Of a stretch of DNA of 64,000 bases, positions 28,490 to 36,991 are shown piece after piece. Below the pieces are notes generated by a model. It searched no databases, had not been told where the DNA came from, and saw only the letters and a list, made by a program, of their open reading frames with translations. A program made the translations under genes and the position numbers. The stretch comes from Kiritimatiellia bacterium (GTDB taxonomy: Bacteria > Verrucomicrobiota > Kiritimatiellia > RFP12 > UBA1067). The stretch is taken from NCBI GenBank assembly GCA_045656285.1, contig JAZOQY010000032.1, forward strand, positions 6,758 through 70,757, written 5' to 3'. Within the stretch, counting starts at the first letter, position 1; the number at the start of each line of letters is the position of its first letter.

Positions 28490-30868
28490 TTATTCGATCG
28501 GCCGGGCGATGATTTCGTCTGCGTTGCCGCCGTGCATTTTAAGCCATGCCAAGAGGCAGTTCCAGCTCGCCATTGAGCGTGCGTAGTTGTGGCCGCATTC
28601 CGGCTCGTTGAACGGATTGCGTTTAAGACCCTCGTGACGGTCGCGGATGGCTTTGACGACCTTCACTGCATCGTCGTCGAGCCCCTGGAAGATCATTTCG
28701 GCCGCTGCGACGTATTCGAAGCCTGTCATGACTTCGCCGAAGTACGGGAAGGGTATCTTTTCGCGGCCGCGCGGCCAGCTGCCCATGAGAAGCCCCGCCT
28801 CTTCGCCTGCGCAGTATGTGCGCATGTTGTTGAAGTGGTGCGTGAAATCCGGCATGAAGTTGTATTTCATGATCGAGCGGCACGTCGTCTTCAGATTGTC
28901 CTTTTCGGCGAGGTCTCCCAAGTCCCAGAGATGCGCCATCTGCTGACCGACGAGCTGGTCTACGAGGCAGCATTTGCCGAGCTGATATCTGAGTTCTCCG
29001 TGGCCGCCCGGGATCTTCTGCTCGTAATATTCCCCGTTGAAGAGCTCCGCGTCGATTCGCTTCGACCCTTTCTCGAAAATGGCGCGGCATTCTTCGGCGA
29101 ATTCCCTGTCGCCCGTCGCTTTCGCCATTTCCTCTGCGGCTCTGAGAGCGCCCAGGTACCAGAAGCCCATCTGCGAATTGGGGCCGTAGTAGTTTACGTC
29201 CATTGTATTGTGCTGCTCTCCGTCCATGAGGCCCGACTTCTTCGCGTCCCAGCCGACGGTTTGCCATTCTTTGTCCCATTTGTGGACGCCTTTGCCGCAC
29301 CACGCGAACTGGAGCGCCTTTTTGACCTTCGGCCAGATCGCCTCAAGCCATGCGTCGTCGCCGCAGATCTTCCAGTCGCGGTAAGCCTTCATGATCGTCC
29401 CCATCTGGCCGTCCGCCGCGACCGCGCCCTTGAGTTCGGCGCCGAGCGGAAGGGGCGTCCTGAAATCCATCGCGCCGGTTTCGGGGTTCATCGAATAGTT
29501 GAATTCGACATCGCGCATCGAGCGGGCAAGATCGGGAAAGAGGCACGCTACGGCATTTTCGTAGTTCCAGACGTGGGTGCAGCTGCCGTGGCAGGAGCCC
29601 TCGTGGTGGAACGAGCCTTCCCAGCCCATGAAGTGGCCGCTCGGAACGCGGAACACCGTTTGGCTTTTAAGGACGGCGAGATTGGAGAGCGCCGCCTCTT
29701 TTATCGTGTCGGGCGCGTCGAGCGCGATTATTTTGCGCGTGAAAGCGAGGGAGCGCCTCTCAAGTTCATCGAGGCGCGGCACGATTTCAAGCGCGGCGTC
29801 CCATGCGTCGCGATAGTGTCTCGAGTACCAGTTGCCGACGATCGTCTTTTCGTCTTCCCAGGCCTGGCGGTTGGGGAAGTTCCACGTAAAGGCGAAGCGG
29901 AAGGACTCCTTCGATTTCGCGTCCACGGACTTCTTTACGCACAGTGCGCCGTGAGGAGTCGTTTGCTCTTCGTTTTCGATGGTCTTGAGCTTTCCGTCGT
30001 CGGAAAGATCGTCCCAGAATTCGAGGATTGTCCTGCGCCAGCTGTTCTCGGCGCATTTCGTCTTGTGCGAAACGTCCGCGTTCGTGTCGGGGGTCGAGAG
30101 CGCGAAGGTTCCCCAGGCGGTCGAGTTTGTCGCTACGCCGTCGGAAAGGCACATGATTCCCTTCAGGCCCTTTTCGTCACGGTAGACTGTCCTGTTGTCT
30201 TTTTCGCCGCTGGTGCGCGTCAGGCGGCGCCATGTAAAGCCGGTCATCTTGCCGTCGTTGCCGACGGTGTTTCTCACGAACGCGGCGATTGAAATGTCGA
30301 GCGGTTCGTCGGAGAGGTTCTCGACTTCGTATTCAAGCGAAGCTACAGGGAGCGAGCTCGCCGCGCTGTCGCCGGGAACAAAGGGCGAAAATCCTTTTAT
30401 TTTGATTTTTGCAGGAAGATCCCTGTCGCTCAGGTTGACGGTCCCGAAGGGGAATGCGCCGTCGAACGTCGCGTGCCTGAAGCGCGGCAGCCCCGCCTGG
30501 GGAACGCTGTTGCCCTCGTCGGCGTAAAGTTCGGTCGGGTGAAGGGGGCCTGCGAGCATGGTGACGGATTCGTGCTTCTTGCCTTTGATGCGGATGGCGA
30601 AGAATGTGCGCGAGTCCGCTTGGCGCTCAAGTTCGCTCATCGTCTTGTTGGGTCTGTTCATGATTTCCCAATCGACGAGCTCGCCGCGTCCCGAAAGCGA
30701 AATGGCGCCGCAGCCGATGCCGCCCATGGGAAGCGCGACGCGCAAGACATGCTCCGAGTCGAAGTGTTTGACGACGGGCCATTCCGCAGCCGTGGCCGCA
30801 GAGGACAGGATGGAACAGCTTGCGATCAATCCAAGGATCGGCTTGTTGGCGAAAGATATGTTTTTCAT
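28490..30868 (-). CDS. GH116-type beta-glucosidase/glucosylceramidase-like enzyme, secreted
   Basis: Signal peptide, then LPMGGIGCGAISLSGRGELVDWEIMNRPNK, which is typical of the GH116 N-terminal domain. A C-terminal (alpha/alpha)6 region follows. Length is 792 aa. Confidence 0.8.
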   Translation of the reverse strand: MKNISFANKPILGLIASCSILSSAATAAEWPVVKHFDSEHVLRVALPMGGIGCGAISLSGRGELVDWEIMNRPNKTMSELERQADSRTFFAIRIKGKKHESVTMLAGPLHPTELYADEGNSVPQAGLPRFRHATFDGAFPFGTVNLSDRDLPAKIKIKGFSPFVPGDSAASSLPVASLEYEVENLSDEPLDISIAAFVRNTVGNDGKMTGFTWRRLTRTSGEKDNRTVYRDEKGLKGIMCLSDGVATNSTAWGTFALSTPDTNADVSHKTKCAENSWRRTILEFWDDLSDDGKLKTIENEEQTTPHGALCVKKSVDAKSKESFRFAFTWNFPNRQAWEDEKTIVGNWYSRHYRDAWDAALEIVPRLDELERRSLAFTRKIIALDAPDTIKEAALSNLAVLKSQTVFRVPSGHFMGWEGSFHHEGSCHGSCTHVWNYENAVACLFPDLARSMRDVEFNYSMNPETGAMDFRTPLPLGAELKGAVAADGQMGTIMKAYRDWKICGDDAWLEAIWPKVKKALQFAWCGKGVHKWDKEWQTVGWDAKKSGLMDGEQHNTMDVNYYGPNSQMGFWYLGALRAAEEMAKATGDREFAEECRAIFEKGSKRIDAELFNGEYYEQKIPGGHGELRYQLGKCCLVDQLVGQQMAHLWDLGDLAEKDNLKTTCRSIMKYNFMPDFTHHFNNMRTYCAGEEAGLLMGSWPRGREKIPFPYFGEVMTGFEYVAAAEMIFQGLDDDAVKVVKAIRDRHEGLKRNPFNEPECGHNYARSMASWNCLLAWLKMHGGNADEIIARPIE

Positions 30869-30874
30869 TCTGAA

Positions 30875-30883
30875 ATTGTATCA
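30875..30883 (-). promoter_or_regulatory. Extended -10 element (minus strand, TGaTACAAT) 6 nt from the GH116 ATG
   Basis: The reverse complement reads tttgatacaat-ttcaga-ATG with no Shine-Dalgarno sequence. This implies a leaderless transcript. Confidence 0.4.
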
Positions 30884-31051
30884 AATTATCCGGTCCATAT
30901 CTATCGGTTAATTGCAATGGCGAGAGAGCGCTCCCAGCGGCGGAAATTTATGCTAAAATATCTGTTGTTGACTTTATTTTGCGTTTTTCCGTCTATTCCT
31001 AATCGAAATATCTCCATGAACACATTCTTTACCTTCAAAACGGCCGGTTGC

Positions 31052-31636
31052 ATGAAACAGGCGTTCAGGACCCGGGTTCTCGCAAGGGTTTTCGCGGCGG
31101 CGCTTGCCGGATATGCCGCGGCAGGGTGTACATCTTCGAACGATCCGGCCAATGCGGGGGTGCGCAAGGAAACTTGGGCGACGCCTGTTGAATGCGCCGG
31201 CGTTCCGAACCTGCACAAGATAAACGATTCTCTCTATCGCAGCGCCCAGCCTACGGCGGAAGGGATGACAAACCTGGTTTCGCTCGGAATCAAGACGGTT
31301 GTCAATCTTCGCGACAATCATTCCGACGATGACGAGATAGGCGATCTCCCGTTGAAGGCGAGAAGGATCGAGATCTTTACCGCCAACATGAAGGAGAAAT
31401 ACGTCGATGAGTTCTTGGCGATCGTTGCGGACGCGGATGCGGCCCCTGTTCTCGTGCATTGCCAGCATGGCGCCGACCGTACGGGGACGATGTGCGCAAT
31501 GTATCGGATAATGTGCGAGGGCTGGAGCGTCGACGATGCGATAGACGAGATGAAGAACGGAGGATACGGCTATCATTCGATTTGGACAAATTTGCCGCGT
31601 TTCATCCGCAAGTCGGCGAAGGCGCGCGGCAAATAA
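31052..31636 (+). CDS. Dual-specificity/tyrosine phosphatase-family lipoprotein
   Basis: CX5R active site VHCQHGADRTGT. A lipoprotein-type signal MKQAFRTRVLARVFAAALAGYAAAGC is present. An alternative start is at 31016. The ORF-track start at 30473 is antisense to the GH116 gene. Confidence 0.7.
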   Translation: MKQAFRTRVLARVFAAALAGYAAAGCTSSNDPANAGVRKETWATPVECAGVPNLHKINDSLYRSAQPTAEGMTNLVSLGIKTVVNLRDNHSDDDEIGDLPLKARRIEIFTANMKEKYVDEFLAIVADADAAPVLVHCQHGADRTGTMCAMYRIMCEGWSVDDAIDEMKNGGYGYHSIWTNLPRFIRKSAKARGK

Positions 31637-31645
31637 TAATCGCTA

Positions 31646-31675
31646 TTGCGGCGGATATTAAATATTTGATATAAT
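31646..31675 (+). promoter_or_regulatory. Promoter of the rplY-rpsF-ssb-rpsR-rplI block
   Basis: TTGCGG (31646-31651), 18-nt spacer ending in TGa, then TATAAT (31670-31675). The leader is 76 nt. Confidence 0.45.
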
Positions 31676-31751
31676 ATTCGCCGTTTTGTCGCGGAGTGTA
31701 GCGCGCGTGCGCGAGAGTACGTGACAGCAACCAATAAAACCAAGGTAAAAA

Positions 31752-32378
31752 ATGGCTCAGATCAAAATCAAGGCGGCGGTCCGTACCGAACAGGGTACCG
31801 GTGCTGTTCGCCGTTTGCGCCGTACGGGTATGATCCCCGGCTCGGTGATGAAGATGAAGAAGGGCGGCACGGAACTCATCAAGCTTCCTGCCCACGACTT
31901 CATGATGGCAATGCGCGGCCGCGCGAGCAAGCAGCTCCTCGTCACGCTTGACATGGATGGCAGGGAAGTGCCTGCGCTCATGCGCGAAATGCAGAACGAC
32001 GTTCTCGCCGGCACTCCCATTCACGTGGATTTCAGCGAAGTTTCTCTCACCGAGAAGGTTCGCGTCAAAGTTCCGCTTTACTTGACCGGCGAAGCCGTCG
32101 GCGTCAAGATCGGCGGCGGCATTCTTCAGCAGGCTCTTCGCACGATCGAAGTCGACTGCCTCCCCGAAGACATCGCCGAGAAGTTCCTTATCGACGTCTC
32201 CCAGCTCGGTCTCGACCAGACGATTTTCGTTCGCGACCTCCAGCTCGGCGAGAAGCAGACGATCGTCACGCGTGGCGAGCTCGCCGTCGCCGTCGTCAAG
32301 GCTCCGGCCGATGCCGCTTCCGCCGGCGACAAGTCGCCCGATGTGATCAAGAAGGGTAAGGATGAGGAGAAGAAGTAA
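31752..32378 (+). CDS. rplY: 50S ribosomal protein L25/general stress protein Ctc
   Basis: IKIKAAVRTEQGTGAVRRLRRTGMIPG at the N-terminus, a two-domain Ctc length of 208 aa and an acidic/Lys tail. Confidence 0.85.
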   Translation: MAQIKIKAAVRTEQGTGAVRRLRRTGMIPGSVMKMKKGGTELIKLPAHDFMMAMRGRASKQLLVTLDMDGREVPALMREMQNDVLAGTPIHVDFSEVSLTEKVRVKVPLYLTGEAVGVKIGGGILQQALRTIEVDCLPEDIAEKFLIDVSQLGLDQTIFVRDLQLGEKQTIVTRGELAVAVVKAPADAASAGDKSPDVIKKGKDEEKK

Positions 32379-32761
32379 TGAAGAAGTATGATGCTCTCTA
32401 TATCTTCGTCGGCATCTCCAAGGATGATGCCTTGAACGCCAACCTCGAGAAGGCTCTCGCCGAGGTCGCCCGCGTCGGCGGCAACGTGCTCACGACCGAG
32501 TCTCTCGGAAAGCGCATGTTTTCCCGTCCGATGTCCAAGAAGGACAGCGGTGTTTACGTGAAGGTCCGCATGGAGCTCGATCCTGCCAAGGTTTCCGAAC
32601 TCCTCGCCCGCTACCGTCTCGTCGAGGAAGTCTTCCGCGTCCAGATTCTCGCGGTTGACGAGCGCCGTGAGGCCAAGCTCGTCGAGGAGCGTGCGGCTCG
32701 TGCCGAACGTCAGGCCAAGAAGGATGCCGCTGCGGCCGCCGCGACTGCAGTCGAAGCGTAA
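32378..32761 (+). CDS. rpsF: 30S ribosomal protein S6
   Basis: MKKYDALYIF start and the conserved S6-SSB-S18-L9 gene order. The start overlaps the rplY stop (TAATG). Confidence 0.85.
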   Translation: MKKYDALYIFVGISKDDALNANLEKALAEVARVGGNVLTTESLGKRMFSRPMSKKDSGVYVKVRMELDPAKVSELLARYRLVEEVFRVQILAVDERREAKLVEERAARAERQAKKDAAAAAATAVEA

Positions 32762-32778
32762 AAAGAACGGAACGGGTT

Positions 32779-33189
32779 ATGGCCTCTTTCAATAAAGTGA
32801 TCCTGATGGGTAATCTGACGCGCGACCCCGATGTCCGCGCGACCGGTTCGAGCGGCATGAAAGTCGCCCGTCTCGGCATTGCCGTCAACGAGCGTCGCAA
32901 AGACCGCAACGGTCAGATTCAAGAGTTCCCCGTATTTGTCGATGTCGACGCGTGGGACAAGCTTGCCGAACTTTGCGGGCAGTACCTGTCGAAGGGCAGA
33001 ACGATTCTCGTCGAAGGTCGTCTGCAGATGGATTCATGGGAAAAGGACGGTGTCAAGCACCAGAAGCTCAAAGTCAGAGCTTCCACGATCAAGTTCCTCC
33101 CGCAGGGAGATCGCCTTGGCGGCCAGCGTCACGAGGCGCCTATCGAGTCCAATTCGCTTGAGAGCGACCCTGACAATATCCCGTTCTGA
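32779..33189 (+). CDS. ssb: Single-stranded DNA-binding protein
   Basis: MASFNKVILMGNLTRDPDVR OB-fold N-terminus and an acidic tail ending in DNIPF. Confidence 0.9.
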   Translation: MASFNKVILMGNLTRDPDVRATGSSGMKVARLGIAVNERRKDRNGQIQEFPVFVDVDAWDKLAELCGQYLSKGRTILVEGRLQMDSWEKDGVKHQKLKVRASTIKFLPQGDRLGGQRHEAPIESNSLESDPDNIPF

Positions 33190-33225
33190 TACACGTAAAC
33201 AACAATCTAACAGAGGAAAACCAAA

Positions 33226-33456
33226 ATGGCTTTCAAAAAATCCAACAGCTCTGCAGGTGAAGAATTCGCCGCGAGAAAGCGTCCGCCGCTCGGTCCCAAG
33301 GATCAGATCGACGTTAACGACATTGAAACGCTCAGCTACTACATCACCGATTACGGCAAGATCCTTCCTGCCCGCATCACCGGCGTCACCGCCGCTCAGC
33401 AGCGTCAGATCCGCCAGGGTGTCAAGCGTGCGCGCAACATGGGCCTCATGGCTTAA
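33226..33456 (+). CDS. rpsR: 30S ribosomal protein S18
   Basis: A 76-aa protein with LSYYITDYGKILPARITGVTAAQQRQI. Confidence 0.9.
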   Translation: MAFKKSNSSAGEEFAARKRPPLGPKDQIDVNDIETLSYYITDYGKILPARITGVTAAQQRQIRQGVKRARNMGLMA

Positions 33457-33473
33457 TCGAAAGGAGTTCGAAA

Positions 33474-33944
33474 ATGGCTATTGAAGTTATGCTCATGGAC
33501 AATGTGAAGAAGCTCGGCAAGGCCGGCGAGATCGTCAAGGTCGCCCCCGGTTACGCCCGCAATTACCTCTTCACGAAGGGTCTCGCCGCGGTTGCCACCG
33601 AGGCCGCCAAGCGCCGTCTCAAAAAGCTCGAGGCCGAGCGCGCCGCTCGCGCCGCCGAAGAGAAGAAGGCCGCTCTCGAAGTCGCCAAGAAGCTCGAAAA
33701 GCTCGAGCTCACCGTTTCTGCCGCCACGACCGACGGCAAGAAGCTCTATGGCGCCGTCAGCGTCTCCGACATTCTCGCGGCCATCGAGGCCAATCGCGGT
33801 GTTGCGCTTGAGCGCAGCCAGCTTTCCATCGAGGATTCGCTCCGCGAAGTCGGTGAATACGAAGCTGCCATCGATCTCGGACAGAGCGTCATCGTCAAGT
33901 TCAAGATCACGATTCTTGACGAGCAGGCGCCCGTCGAAGCCTGA
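33474..33944 (+). CDS. rplI: 50S ribosomal protein L9
   Basis: VMLMDNVKKLGKAGEIVKVAPGYARNYL N-terminus, a long central helix, and 156 aa. Confidence 0.9.
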   Translation: MAIEVMLMDNVKKLGKAGEIVKVAPGYARNYLFTKGLAAVATEAAKRRLKKLEAERAARAAEEKKAALEVAKKLEKLELTVSAATTDGKKLYGAVSVSDILAAIEANRGVALERSQLSIEDSLREVGEYEAAIDLGQSVIVKFKITILDEQAPVEA

Positions 33945-33970
33945 TAAGGCATCTAAAGCGACAAAAAGAA

Positions 33971-33998
33971 ACGCCGTTGCGAAACGGCGTTTTTTTTT
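33971..33998 (+). terminator. Rho-independent terminator after rplI
   Basis: acgccgtt-gcga-aacggcgt hairpin followed by T8. Confidence 0.8.
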
Positions 33999-34057
33999 GT
34001 CGATATTGTTGCGCTGGCGTCTTATTTTCTATATACTTTCAGGAAGAAGGAGTAGAT

Positions 34058-35641
34058 ATGATGCACATGCCAAAAAGTTTTTTCTTCGCTGCGTTTTCTG
34101 TCGTCATTGCCGTATTCGAGGCGAGCGCCGCCTCCAAGGTGAAGATCGCCTGCATCGGCGATTCGATAACGTATGGCTACGGTATCGACAACCGGAATGA
34201 AAATTCCTATCCGGCGCAGCTGCAGAGACTTTTTGACGCCGAAGCGCCGGGCAGGTATGAAGTGCGCAATTTCGGCAATTCCGGGCGAGGCATTTATCTC
34301 GACTCGATGCGCGGGCGCGAGAAGCGCGGCTTCAGGTGGATGAAGGAGCATAGGGCGGCTCTAGAATGGAAGCCTGATGTCGTAATTTCTAATCTCGGCA
34401 TAAACGATTGCGGGGAATACATCAAGGAACATACCGGTTCTCGCAGGCGCGGACAGTTCGCAGATGATTATCTTGCGCTGCTCAAGGACTACAAGACGGC
34501 GAATAAAGGCGTCAGGTTCTATGTTTGGACTAAGCTTTCGCCGCTTGCGGAAGGCCAAAGGTTCTATCGCAGTCCGGAGCCGTTTCTCATGCAGAGGGAT
34601 CTGGAGATGGTTGCGGAGAGGATGGGTGCGATCGGCATCGATATGCAGGAGCCGCTTCGTGAGGTGATTGACGAGGTACTGGCGAAGGACAAGATCCATC
34701 CCGATGCAAAGGGCGCCAGGATTATCGCCGAGGCGACATTTGAAGCGATGAAGAAGCCTGCGATTGAGCGCGGATGCAGACGTTGGCCTCGCGATTGCGA
34801 GTTCTGGCTTTGCGCCGGTCAATCCAACATGCAGAAGGGCTGGGGCGAGTTCAATGCATCTCCCGCCGAAAAGGCGCGCGTAAAAAACGAGATGGCGAGA
34901 CTCGGGAAGGTTGACGTCTTCTTTTGGGATTTCAACACGGGCAAGATGGTCAGGCTGACTCCTGAAAATGCTCTTGCAAAATCAGCCTTTGGCGTCAGCT
35001 TTGCAATCCGGCGCGCCGAGAAGACCGGAAAGAAGGTGTATTTGCTTTATGTGGCGGCGGGCGGAGCGCCGACCGAATCGTTTCTTTCGGAGTCGACTAT
35101 GTGCGCTGTAGGAAAGGACGGCAAGCCTCTCTATCCGAGGCTCTCCGCGATAGCGACCAACCGCCGCAGACTCGACCGGAACAAGGATTTTCCGTGCGCA
35201 TGGGTGGCGAGGGAATATCCGCGCCGCCGCGGCAACAGGAGCGAGGCGTATTGGTGGCCTGTGTCGAAGATGTACGACAACGGCATCAAGGAGATCGAAA
35301 GGGGCGCTTATCCGGTCACTGGAGTTCTCTGGTATCAGGGCGAGTCCAACGCGACAACGTGCGTCTCGCCCGATGTGCCGACACCGCGGGATTATCAGGA
35401 GGAGACGCTCCGTGCCGTCATCGACGAATTGCGCGGCGGGAAGGACATTCCGTTCGTCATGGTGGGGCTCCCCAGGATGAACCGTCCGTGGGAGCAGTAC
35501 CGCGAAGTCCAGAAGAAGATCGCCAAGGAGAAGGGCGCGATTTTCGTCGATACCTTCGCCGCAGGACTCGGCGACGTGCGAGACGTCCATCCCCGCGACA
35601 AGGTTCCGTTCGCCGAGCTGACGATCAAAGCACTCAAATGA
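34058..35641 (+). CDS. Two-domain carbohydrate esterase: N-terminal SGNH/GDSL hydrolase plus sialate O-acetylesterase-like (SASA) domain
   Basis: RBS aggaagaaggag lies before ATG 34058, followed by a signal peptide. KIACIGDSITYGYG is the GDS block. The second half has WLCAGQSNMQ and GVLWYQGESN, which are SASA-type blocks. Confidence 0.75.
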   Translation: MMHMPKSFFFAAFSVVIAVFEASAASKVKIACIGDSITYGYGIDNRNENSYPAQLQRLFDAEAPGRYEVRNFGNSGRGIYLDSMRGREKRGFRWMKEHRAALEWKPDVVISNLGINDCGEYIKEHTGSRRRGQFADDYLALLKDYKTANKGVRFYVWTKLSPLAEGQRFYRSPEPFLMQRDLEMVAERMGAIGIDMQEPLREVIDEVLAKDKIHPDAKGARIIAEATFEAMKKPAIERGCRRWPRDCEFWLCAGQSNMQKGWGEFNASPAEKARVKNEMARLGKVDVFFWDFNTGKMVRLTPENALAKSAFGVSFAIRRAEKTGKKVYLLYVAAGGAPTESFLSESTMCAVGKDGKPLYPRLSAIATNRRRLDRNKDFPCAWVAREYPRRRGNRSEAYWWPVSKMYDNGIKEIERGAYPVTGVLWYQGESNATTCVSPDVPTPRDYQEETLRAVIDELRGGKDIPFVMVGLPRMNRPWEQYREVQKKIAKEKGAIFVDTFAAGLGDVRDVHPRDKVPFAELTIKALK

Positions 35642-35660
35642 GACATCCCCCATGCGATTA

Positions 35661-35669
35661 TGGTAAAAT
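35661..35669 (+). promoter_or_regulatory. Extended -10 element (TGgTAAAAT) 6 nt from the ATG at 35676
   Basis: tggtaaaat-atcact-ATG with no Shine-Dalgarno sequence. This implies a leaderless transcript. Confidence 0.4.
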
Positions 35670-35675
35670 ATCACT

Positions 35676-36590
35676 ATGACTATCAATGAATTGAATACAC
35701 GTTACGGTGCTCCCGGTCGCATCGTCTTTCACCAAGGCCATTGCGGTTATCCCGAGGTGGTGCTTGCCAACAAGTTCGGAACAGCCGAAGTCGCTCTTAT
35801 GGGCGCGAATGTTCTTTCGTACAAGCCTACGGGCCATGCGCCCGTGATATTCCGTCCCGCGAAGCGCGACTACAATCGCGGCGAATCGTTCCATGGCGGA
35901 ATTCCCGTCTGCTGGCCGCAGTTCGGACGACTCGCGATTCCCGGAATGTCGCCTCACGGATTCGCTAAAATAATGCCGTTTACCGTCCGCGCGACGCAGT
36001 ATTCCGAAGACATGACCGAAATTACGCTCGCGTTGAAATCATCTGAAGAAACGAAGAGCCTCTGGCCGTACGATTTCGATCTGGAGGTTAAGATTTCAGT
36101 TTCGATGAAGCTCAATCTGAAGCTCACGACGAGAAATACGGGCGAGGCGCCGTTTGAGTTCACGGCCGGGTTCCACCCGTATTTTCTCGTCAGAGAGCGC
36201 GACAACGTCGCGGTCAGAGGCCTGGACGGCTGCAAATACATTTTCGCCGTGGACATGTCGGAGCATGTCCAGGAGGGCGATCTCAAGATGAATACGGACG
36301 CTGATCATGTTTATACTTTGAAAGAAGAGCTTAAACATGAGTTCGCCATTCTCGATCCCGGACTTAAGCGCGCTTTGGCGATGGTTTCAACCGGCAATGA
36401 ATGCGCTGTTGTTTGGAATCCGGGTCCTGAAACGAAGCTTGCGGACTTGGAAGACGGCGATTGGCGCAAATTTATCTGCGTTGAGCCTGTTACAATCTGG
36501 CCGAAAGCCTTGGAGACGATTAAGCCCGGCGAGAAGCATGAACTCGTTGTTGCGATTCAGTCTTCTCAGGAAGAAGCCGAACAAAACTAA
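35676..36590 (+). CDS. D-hexose-6-phosphate mutarotase (aldose 1-epimerase family, YeaD-like)
   Basis: Motifs GGIPVCWPQFG and FHPYF. Length (304 aa) and layout match glucose-6-phosphate 1-epimerases. Confidence 0.8.
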   Translation: MTINELNTRYGAPGRIVFHQGHCGYPEVVLANKFGTAEVALMGANVLSYKPTGHAPVIFRPAKRDYNRGESFHGGIPVCWPQFGRLAIPGMSPHGFAKIMPFTVRATQYSEDMTEITLALKSSEETKSLWPYDFDLEVKISVSMKLNLKLTTRNTGEAPFEFTAGFHPYFLVRERDNVAVRGLDGCKYIFAVDMSEHVQEGDLKMNTDADHVYTLKEELKHEFAILDPGLKRALAMVSTGNECAVVWNPGPETKLADLEDGDWRKFICVEPVTIWPKALETIKPGEKHELVVAIQSSQEEAEQN

Positions 36591-36645
36591 AAATCTGTTC
36601 GTGGGCGAATATAAAACTTCATTTCGCGCATCACGAAAAATTTGC

Positions 36646-36774
36646 AATAGATATTTATGGATACTCTCGCGGGCGCCTGTGATCGACAGGAATGTCAGAA
36701 ATGTCATTCTGGCCGAAGCTAAACGCCGCGGATATGATACCGCTAAACTCATTTGGGTCGAACAATCGGAATAA
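36646..36774 (+). pseudogene. 3' remnant of a bacterial lipocalin (Blc) gene
   Basis: NRYLWILSRAPVIDRNVRNVILAEAKRRGYDTAKLIWVEQSE is colinear with the Blc C-terminus (DYLWILSRTP...SKFIWVQQ). No N-terminal two-thirds and no start codon are present. Confidence 0.6.
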
Positions 36775-36776
36775 CG

Positions 36777-36808
36777 TTACCCCCGCATTTTTAAAAATGC
36801 GGGGGTAA
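36777..36808. repeat. Perfect 32-nt palindrome (possible bidirectional terminator)
   Basis: ttacccccgcattttt|aaaaatgcgggggtaa, with 16 nt pairing perfectly to the next 16 nt. It starts 3 nt after the blc-remnant stop. Confidence 0.8.
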
Positions 36809-36959
36809 TATTCGGGCAGACATTTCGGGGCGTTTTTAGACCCGGCAGAAGTTGCCGGATACAGTTTTATTTCTCCTAAAAGTCGAGGTGTTTTAGGTTT
36901 CGCTTTTTCTCCTTGTAATGCCGTTTTTGCGCCTTTTTGTGCATAAAATCGAAGATATT

Positions 36960-36968
36960 TGGTATAAT
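36960..36968 (+). promoter_or_regulatory. Extended -10 element (TGgTATAAT) at the head of the island operon
   Basis: tttggtataat lies 23 nt upstream of the ATG at 36992. Confidence 0.4.
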
Positions 36969-36991
36969 ATTGTTCAGAAAACGAATGACAA

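Noticed and set aside
28589-30292. A 567-aa ORF on the plus strand
   Set aside because: It is antisense to the GH116 gene, which has a signal peptide and family motifs. It is a shadow ORF. The same reasoning applies to 3429-4712(-), 15369-16466(-), 16476-17483(-), 51689-52834(-), 53504-54604(-), 57820-58929(-), 61679-62476(-) and 62624-63607(-).
30473-31051. A long N-terminal extension of the phosphatase ORF (ORF-track start 30473)
   Set aside because: The extension is antisense to the GH116 coding region and would include the divergent promoter region. A lipoprotein signal begins at 31052, and an extended -10 sits at 30951-30959.
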